DNA of 64,000 nt, taken from positions 5,022,001 to 5,086,000 of the forward strand of contig OX597830.1 in assembly GCA_951406725.2 (NCBI GenBank). The letters run 5' to 3'. Position 1 is the stretch's first letter, and the number at the start of each line of letters is the position of its first letter. Source of the DNA: Octopus vulgaris. Lineage: Eukaryota. Below, one piece after another: positions 54,581-64,000 of this stretch. A program made the position numbers and the translations under genes. The notes under the pieces are model-generated. The model was not told the origin of the DNA. It made no database searches and was given only the letters and a program-made list of their open reading frames with translations.

Positions 54581-56474
54581 TATTAAGTTTTTATATTATG
54601 ACTTGTCTCAAATGTATAAACCAAAGCTAAAACATGACTCAGTTTTCAGCAGAGGTTTTGGTGCAATTTTCTTTTTATCTAAGATTTTCTGTGTCTGTCT
54701 TGGATGTTGCAAAAGTTGCTTTTCATGAACAGTTTTTATAGAATTTATATCACTAACAAATTTTAAAAAAAAGATTTCTTTTGTACCTTTGCAATTTTGT
54801 ACAGCTAATTAGTCATCATTCAGCTGGTTCCAATTTAGCTTGATTTCATTCTCAAGTAAAAATCATCATTTCAAACAATTCTTTTAAGTGTTTCTGTGAA
54901 TTTTCTTTTCGGATTTGATTTTTTGTTTGTTTTTAATCTTATGTGTTCCTATATTATAATTGGTGAACAGTTGTTTCACATTTTTGACAGCAAATGTGAA
55001 AGGAGTACCTATAACTCAGTGCAAAACAAATATCACAAGAGAGTACATTCAAAAAGTACTAAGTTTTACATCTTCATATGTTTACATTGTTACACATATG
55101 GGAAATATATACACACGTGCATGTGTGCTTTCTCCCTCATGCTTGTTCTCCCTCTTTCACCAGTCTTTCTTCTAGTCATCTTCTTGGTTATGTGTCTTTC
55201 AATGAACAGTGAGATGATTCTTTAGTTTAAGACTCTACTTCACCACAACCATACTATCCCATTCTTTAACCCAGACCATTTTTTTAAGCAGTCCTTCTGA
55301 CATTTTAATTATGATAGATATCAATTTAATCATAATTACATCTCACATTTTGTCATCATCATCATGACATCAATAATATCAAAAATTTCAGAATGCTTCT
55401 ACCTATGAATTCCTTTATGAACCATTTAGTTGAATCTGCACTATGAAAGTACAAACGTGCAACAGATATATTAAAATGATAGATAGTACAGTATTTCTCA
55501 TCAAACAACTAACAAATCTTCAAAAAACCACCATAAATGTTTTTGTTTTACAATTTCAGCTGTTCATTTTTTATGGTAACCTCAACTATTGCCAAAATTA
55601 CATCCAAAATTTTATCAGAAAATACTCCAGCCACAACCAGTTTTTGACCGTACATAGAATTCACTATAAGCAATAGACTAGTGCTTATATGACTGGGAGA
55701 GTGTTAACACACAGAGCATGTGTGTGTTGTATGCATGCTTAATACATAATTGAGAGAAAGCTCACACACACACACACACACACACACTGGACTGCAAACA
55801 AGAAAAAAGACTATATACTTTACTGGCACAGACTCCACATTATACAGGACCCACTGATTCCACCAAAATGTCTCTGCAGCTCCCTTCTGCCACTATTGCA
55901 ATGGATGTTTTGTTCCTCCAAACTTGTTAGTTTCACACTGTCCATGTCCAAACCCATCCAATGCCCAATTCTTCAGTTATGTACCTGTCATTTAAGAGAA
56001 TTCTCTAAAACCATTATTCCTGCAGAAGTTCAAGCTGAACATTAACTACATTGCTCTCACTTTTCTGGGAGTGCATGAAAATGTCAGAGATGCTGCCATT
56101 TCTCTTAGCAGTCATAATTGTATCAAATACAAAATATCTGACCTTTAAGAAATACTGAAACAAGACAAATTTTAAATGGATGTTCATGTGTGCGTGCGTG
56201 CGTGCACATGCACACACAAATTTATGCACAAAAGATTGTATATGATTACATTTATTTATGTGTGTGTTTGTACATAGAGAAGCACATGCGTGTAAAAGGG
56301 GATTATATATGCTATGGCTGTTAGAAGGAAGTATGATTGGGTAGCATGCACAATGCTTTTACAAATGGCTGTAGGTGCCTAAGTAGTCAAGGGGAAACCC
56401 CTGTCAACCTTACCATTGCTGACCTGGTAAAGCATCCGCAATGTGAGAAAGATGAAACTACTCTGGTACTAGAT

Positions 56475-56885
56475 TCTCTTTACTCTTTTATTTGTTTCAG
56501 TCATTTGACTGTGGCCATGCTGGAGCACCGCCTTTAGTCGAGCAAATCGATCCCAGGACTTATTCTTTGTAAGCCTAGTACTTATTCTATCGGTCTCTTT
56601 TGCCAAAGTGCTAAGTTACGGGGACATAAACACACCAGCATCGGTTGTCAAACGATGTTGGGGGGACAAACACAGACACACAAATATAAACACAAACATA
56701 CACACATATATATACATACATATATACGACGGACTTCTTTCAGTTTCCGTCTACCAAATCCACTCACAAGGCTTTGGTTGGCCCGAGGCTATAGTAGAAG
56801 ACACTTGCTCAAGGTGCCACGCAGTGGGAATGAACCTGGAACCATGTGGTTCGTAAGCAAGCTACTTACCACACAGCCACTCCTT
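56475..56885 (-). mobile_element. tRNA-derived SINE family 1, full length
   Basis: Reverse complement of the 10412-10810 element; ends ~220 nt upstream of exon G. Confidence 0.85.
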
Positions 56886-57104
56886 AGCCTATTGGTACAA
56901 TTTTTTTCTTTTACCCAAATGGACAAGAGCAACATTGAACTAGGTTCCTTATTCAAGAACAAAACCCAGCTCCAGGTCGAAAAATCAAACCAACAATTTT
57001 GTGATCAACTCCCTAATCACTAGGTCATGTATTCCTTTTATGTATGTGTGTGTGTGTGTATCTGTAATATATTATATATATTCATATTGTCTTTATTTCA
57101 TCAG

Positions 57105-57219
57105 GTCGCAGGAAAACCAAAATTTAAGTTACAAGAATTTTGTGAAATTCCTTGTGATGAGAACTGTTTACTTTCAACTTGGTCATCGTGGGGCCCTTGT
57201 AGCAAATCTTGTGGATTGG
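57105..57219 (+). CDS. THSD7A: THSD7-like exon G, phase 0-1
   Basis: Acceptor ctttatttcatcag, donor g|gtaagt. VAGKPKFKLQEFCEIPCDENCLLSTWSSWGPCSKSCGL(G). I found no further exon in 57220-64000. Confidence 0.9.
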
Positions 57220-59889
57220 GTAAGTTTTGAAAAATTGACAAATTTTTGCAGCAGAAGTTTCACACTTGAGATATTTTGAAGATTAAATGATATCACAAAA
57301 TATTTTGTTTTTCTATAGGTTTATTATATGTATGAAAAGAAATTTCCAATTTCAAAACAGTTACAATGTAGTTAAACTATTTCTCAGCTCTCAACCATGA
57401 ACAATATTACATATTTGTGCTTAATGATGATTTCTGCTTTAAGTATACGAAATATATTGACATCCAAATACTCTGAAATCTTCGTAATGGCACTTCCGGT
57501 GTGAATACCAAGCAGTATAGCATGTGGTTTCCAAATTCCTGACAGGGTGAATTGCATCATGGTGTTGTTTTGCTTAAAAATGGTGCCCAACTGACCCTAC
57601 TATACTGTGTAGTTGACAAAATCAAAAACAATGTGCATGCAGAAAATTGAAAATACAAAATGGCAACAATTTACCCATCGCACCTTGTATATGTGTGTGA
57701 GACTATATACTTAAACATTTTCCTCACTATATACTTCATGTTAAGGCTCTGATGAAGTTTTAAGCTATTACACTGTCATCCACTTCAGGTGAGCATTTCC
57801 TTACTGTGGAAACTGCTGTAAACCATTGAATGGGATTATATAACCCCTGCTCTTAGGTCATTTATTTACACACACACATACACACAGGGGATTCAAATTG
57901 AAAACTTCAACAATTATGAAATTGTATGGCACTGTAACTATGTAGCTGGACTTTGAGAAGAACAAATGTTGAAATATCTAGTCTGTTTCAGTTTGATAAG
58001 GGAATAAACACCTATGGTAGCCATATTGATTAAAAAGTAACTTTATGTTATTTTCCGATAAAAAAAATACACACGAGTCTTTCAATAAGGTGGGGATGGA
58101 GGATAATGAGTGCTTAGAATCTTAATTGCCAATGTTGCCAAAGTTGATAAACATAACATTGGATATATAAACTGTCAGTTAAAAGCTTAATTTTCTGAAA
58201 TTTGACACATGAGGAGTGATTAATATTTGAAATTCTATGTTCACAGTGTATTACATTATGAATGTAGAACAGAAGAAAAAGAAGAATGGAAACAAAACAA
58301 TGCAAATAATAGACAAAATTTAATTTAATGGTTTAAAGGACTGGATTTAATACCTTATAAATTAAAAACGTTGGTGGGATGAAAGAAATGCAAATTTCAA
58401 TAAAATAACTTGTTTTGTAATTTGTCACAAATTGATTAACACACATTGTTTTCTGGATTTTAATATTTAAATTATTTTTGTAAATCTTAAATGGCTGTAA
58501 AAGTTTGTTTACTTTCAGGCATTTATGAGGGAAGCCATTACACGGATGGACTTTCATATTAAAACCTCTTTTAAAATATTTGAAAATTTATATTAGATGA
58601 ATTTTCTTTCTAAATTGGTTTTTATATGATCTTTATTTTTTAGTTCATCGAATGTTTTAATAGTGAATATTACAGAAGATATGTTACTTATTTTTATAGA
58701 AAAAGAGCAAACTTGATATTTCACTAAAGAAAGAGATTATTTTTATTAAATTCAAAACCAAAATCAAATATTTTCCTTTCTGTTTCATAATTTGAAGTGT
58801 ATGAAGACTTAATTATAAGTTTTTGTTGTTGACAAGAAAATATTATGTCTACTTCCGAAAACATTGTTTTACACATTCTAAGATTCCTTCATGATAGAAT
58901 TTCAATTACATGAAAATATTTCTATAAATTCTCCATATAAATGTATCAAAGGTTTTGGTGTTTTTCTATTTTTATGGTATCACTCTACATGGAAGATACT
59001 TCAAATTTAATTTCATTGGCTCATTTCACTGGTGCCAGTGCCATGTAAGTGCATCGGATATGCTCTGTAAAGTGGTTGGCATTGGGAAGGGCATCCCCAA
59101 CCATAAAAACCATGCCAAAACGGACAGTGAAGCCTGGTACAGCTCTCCAGCCTTGCCAGCTCCTGTCAAACCATCCAAACCATGCAAGCATAGAAAATGG
59201 ACATTAAATAATGATGATACTGCCATCTCTTCATTGGCCATTTGGATATAACTAATTTTACACTAAACATGTACATATAGAGATTAAGAGATCCAGTCAT
59301 TCAAAAACATTCCAACTAGAATCATCCTACAGTGCAATAATAAGAACCTCATCTTATTTATAGCCAGACTCCCATGTGGGACACGACTAGGTGTTACTTA
59401 AAGACACATTGGACAACATAGTCACGAGTTTACATTGCTTGAAAAATAAACCATGAGACAGTCATAGATAGGATACCTGTAATCAATAGTCTCCTGGATC
59501 AGAGTTGACCTGAGGCTAAAGAACAATAACAATGATGAATACTGCATGTGGCTACAAAATCTGCAAGAAATAGCAGCCAAGACATTACTGGAATATCTTT
59601 GATCTTGGAGGTCAGTTGGATCAACACAGAATAACTAATCAACGACAACACAGACAATTGCTCTATCCCAGTGGAAATCCAATTCCTCTGTTACTAACAC
59701 ACTGATTGACCAATTCCTTCTTAGATGAAACGAGTCAGTTCCTAGTTATTGCTGCTATAGTGTAGCCCCAAGTCAGCACTGATCCAGTTCACTTATAATC
59801 AAAAGAGCTTCACTCATAACAATCCAGTCATACACACACACACACACACACACATTAGTTATTAGAGTCAGAAGTAGTATTAGAAAAAA

Positions 59890-60354
59890 CAGCACTCTTT
59901 ATATCCTGCTTAATGTGGATATACTTTAAAAACTGCTGTATTTGAGAAAGCATTTCATTTAGACACATAGTGCTGAAAAGCATAGAATATCAGCAGTGAG
60001 CACAGCATGTCCAACACCAGTGGTTCAGATCACAGGATTTCAGCATGTTTATACTTCATCAGCAGCGTGCATCTCTTATCACCATATACTAACCAAATTT
60101 CATCCACACTAATGTATAGAAAAATAGTGTTGCAATTAACTATTGAACCAGGTAAAAATTAATTATTAGCAATGGAAACAAAATTAGTAACAAACAGTAA
60201 CCGCATAAAATCTCATGGTCTAGCACTTCCACAATTTTTAGTCTGCTGTTGATATTCTGTGCTTCTAGCACTAGACAAGACACTTTCTCATTACAAATGC
60301 AGTTTTATAGTGTTTTTAAACTATATCCACATCAAATAGGATAGAATTTTTGCT
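59890..60354. repeat. Diverged inverted repeat with ~240-nt spacer between (CA)n and (TA)n tracts
   Basis: tatcctgcttaatgtggatatactttaaaaac...tagtgctgaaaagcatagaatatcagcag versus ctgttgatattctgtgcttctagcacta...gtttttaaactatatccacatcaaataggata. Confidence 0.65.
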
Positions 60355-60359
60355 ATCTA

Positions 60360-60408
<49 letters not shown>

Positions 60409-63400
60409 TTCATTATCCTTTAACTTCTGTTTTCCATACTGATATAGGGTGGATGATTTGACAGAGGCTGGCATGGCCAGGAGCTTCCCCAGACTCCAAA
60501 GACTCCAATTGTTTGTTTTGGCAAGGTTTCTATGGCTGGAAGCCTTTACAAATGCTAACCACTTCACAGAGAGGCACCTGCACCAAGAGGATCACCGAAT
60601 AGCTTGCAAGACAAACCTCCTCAACTGGGGTGGTGGGGAGAATAGTATTTCATGGGGGTGACTTTGTTCCAGTTGAGAGATTTAGGGTATGCAGGGGACA
60701 GATACAGGTGTTTGCTGTAGTGCAGATACATAGAAACTCCAGTTGGAAAACAAAGTATTATATATATATAAATATATATATAGTAAAAATTGTTAAGTGG
60801 AGTGAGTTGATATAATCAGATGCTCTAAGTGAAAAATGTAATGTCTGAGTAGAGGTTGTTCAGAGGTGCACAGATTAAGGCTGTTTGGAAATAAAGTGAT
60901 TCAGACAGTGACACACATGGCTATCCAAGGAATAGATTATTATAGAGAAGCACTAAGCACTAAGCATTATAGAGTCTTTCTCCATGCAACACTGTAACAA
61001 ATTTGGTTGTGATGAGCTGATGTATTTTTCTTATTAGAGCTTATGTAATTTCAGGAGGCCAACAAAAATATGCAAAATCTAAACATTCAACAATATAGAA
61101 AAACAATGGAAAATGGAGGATTATATATCTTTAACTAATATTTTGCAACATATAAGAAACCATCTTGTGTTTCTGCTATGAAGGTACTTTGAGATCCTTA
61201 GATGCAATGGTTTTGCACAACAAAATGGTTCATGTCAAAATCAATTAAGAGAACACTTAAATTTCCCTTTAGGGAAATACATTGAAAAAGTTATGTTTGT
61301 GCATATCTCTGGATCTAACAGAGTACTATAATCAATTTCAAATGTACAGGCCTAGAGATCCTAAAGTACCTACATAGCAGAAACATGACGTGGCATCTCA
61401 TGTTGTAAAATATCAGTTAAAAATGTATAGTTCTCCCAATTTGTCTTCTGGAATTTTACGCAAAATTCTTTAGTAAATCCAGAATTTGCTTCAATCAAAT
61501 GGGAGGGTAACTATAATTGTCTAATTTTCATACGTCCTAATGTTTCCTACTATTCAATATAGTTAGCCAATTTCAGGGTACCACAGAGTGCTTACAATCT
61601 ATCTGCTCAGATTTTGAAATCCTAATTCCTTTGTATTCAAATACAGGAAGATGAAATTTCCTTATCTTCTTTTCTGGAATTGCTACTTTTACCAAAGTCT
61701 CCAATAATTATGTAGAAGTAATAAAAATGAAATAGTTCAGATTTTGGTAAATAGCAAAAGGAATTAGATAGGACTGAATTTTAGCCAGATTGTTTGGGAG
61801 TATTAAAAATGACAAATAAGAATAACAATGAAGAATTCCAGTGCTTTATAACAACAAGGTTTGGATTCCATAAACATTCCTTCAGATGTTTATTTACAAG
61901 GAGAAAGTTGCAATAATCACTAGTACCTGACATCTGCTACAACAGAATAATGGTTATGCCTGCAGGTATCATTGTAAATAAATAATATTATATTGGTTCC
62001 ACATAAAATAGTAAATACATCCCAAGAAGGGGACAACAATGGCATTGTGTTTTTGCTATCTTGTAAAGTTAATATTGTTTGCTAGTTTTGCTTCCATAAA
62101 TTATTAACAAAAATAACATTCCAGTTACAATACTTTATTTTCCACTTTTTCATTTCAAACTTATTTACCTGATGTGTAATTAATAAACACCAAATCCAGT
62201 GTATTTACTTATAACTGATTCATCTCTCTGTAAACTTGTAAATCTATTACTGTACCTTAAACCAAAAAAAAAAAAAAGCCTTCTTTGTAAATCAGTCTGA
62301 AATACTACCTAACAATCACAAGGGCACATGTATGGCTGTATGATTAAGTGTTTGCTTCTCAACCATTCACTTCTGAATTCGATTCCAAGGTGAAACCCAG
62401 ACCAATCAATGCCATGGAAGTGTATTTGCTAGACAGAGATTGCTGGAAACCCATTGTGAATAAATGTGTGTATGCATGCATATCTGCTTGCGAAAGTGTG
62501 ATGATGTTTACGTATTCCACACACATCATAACATAAGCTAAGCAGTGCTGATGTTAGCATTCCTTACTCACATCCTGACATATCATTTTCCCCTTTCAAA
62601 GACCTGTGGAATGAAGATATTCATCATTTGAGAAACATGAGGGTTGGGGCGACATGAAAAGAACCTGACTGTGAAATTCTATCCTAAATAAATCTATGAC
62701 CATGCTGGCATTGCAAGATAAAAAAAAAACAAGGACATTAAACAAACAAAAGAACTTTATTTTATGGGCAGAACAACACTTATGACACCTCTAAGGATTA
62801 TCTTATGAAACAGGTATAACAATTAATTGCTATTTAACATGATGGTCATGCTTGAATTTCCTACTTGATGAAAGCACATATCTTAAAATTATTTAAAATT
62901 GTATGATGCTAAAAATATTTGTACAGGCATAACGATTTAACCTTTAGCAAAACTGAACTGTTACCAGTCAAAGATACAACAGGTGAAAAATCAAAAGATA
63001 TTCTCTGAGCACAATGGCAATCTAAAGATGGAAGGTATATCATGGGTAGATCACCAGAGAGGTTTCTTGACCCAAAGTATTCAAGATGATGTCATGCATA
63101 CACAAGAATACAAATTTAGACATTTGTATGAAGTGTTTCTGTGTGTGTGTTTCCCAATTATCTATTTGTTATATCACCGAATAAAGGAAGAGCAGCTGGG
63201 AACTCATGGCAATTGAGATGAAGTATATCAGCAGACACATGATTTGTAAACAACTTCAGGATAGTTTGGATACTGTCCTAGTGCATCTTTTCTACTCTTT
63301 AAGATCCTTAGTGTTTGTTTTTTTATACTACAAACATAACTCACAATATTTTAATATAATTGGTCAACATCATTTAAAATAAATTAATTTGTAAAATTTT

Positions 63401-63917
63401 ACTTCATGGTATTTTTGAATGCAAAGCTTGCACCAAAGTTTAATCTTATTTCTTCAGTCATTATTATTTATTAATAGAAACAAATCACAAAAACCACTTG
63501 AAAACATCAGGCCTAAAACAAATGCCAAGTCTGACATTCTCCGAGAAAATCTCATAGAAATCCCTGCATAAACAGGTTTACATTACCTGGAAATCTTTTT
63601 AGAGCTAAACATGCTGAGACTCTTTTGTAAACATACAGCACCCAACATTTTTCATATATGTCTTGGTCAACAGAACTACATTTCTCTAAAGGCAGCATGT
63701 TTTGAATTATTCTCTCCAACTACTAAACTGCAATGATTCCAACTTATCAAGTTTACAAATCAAATCAGTTTTATTCTCTCTTCCCACTCCATCACACAAA
63801 AAGTAACTGATGAAAATATATGAAGAATTTTATCCCCTGAATATATAAATATATGCTTGAATTTCCACTAAATAAACAATGTTTTCTGCCTAACAAAGCC
63901 TATTTCTAGTTTTAGCT

Positions 63918-64000
63918 AGTATCAAAAAATTCCAGGACTACTTATGTTTAATAAAATACCTTATTCCCCTAACTTTTAACATCATCTCCTTTGAAGTAGT
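63918..64000 (-). mobile_element. 3' end/TIR of related mariner copy, runs off the window
   Basis: Reverse complement (actacttcaaaggagatga...ttattaaacataagtagtcc..tttgatac) resembles 50920-50996. Confidence 0.65.

Noticed and set aside
57319-57340. Acceptor-like ttttgtttttctatag just after exon G
   Set aside because: The phase-1 reading hits TGA within five codons and has no TSR motif.

Overview
AT-rich, microsatellite- and repeat-dense animal genomic DNA. The SINE/RTE repeat families look like coleoid cephalopod (octopus-like) ones, but this is inferred from repeat recognition only. The window is the middle of one large + strand gene. Seven internal coding exons (3766-3960, 14428-14757, 28934-29121, 37735-37862, 49140-49293, 53525-53797, 57105-57219; 1383 nt, 461 codons) have GT-AG ends and matching phases. 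They splice into tandem thrombospondin type-1 repeats colinear with vertebrate THSD7A/B; start and stop lie outside the window. The 3-14 kb introns hold tRNA-derived SINEs, RTE/CR1/CRE LINE fragments, a mariner remnant, two non-autonomous Helitrons, a hAT-type MITE and (TA)n/(AAT)n tracts. The most notable unexplained signal is a set of hammerhead-ribozyme motifs (CTGAnGA...GAAA-short stem-UH), mostly in small inserts next to microsatellites. The best case is two mirror-image copies in a ~430-nt foldback at 48123-48550, shortly upstream of an exon. A second, near-perfect 77-bp hairpin lies at 44786-44945. Almost all ORFs in the supplied track are microsatellite or repeat artefacts.
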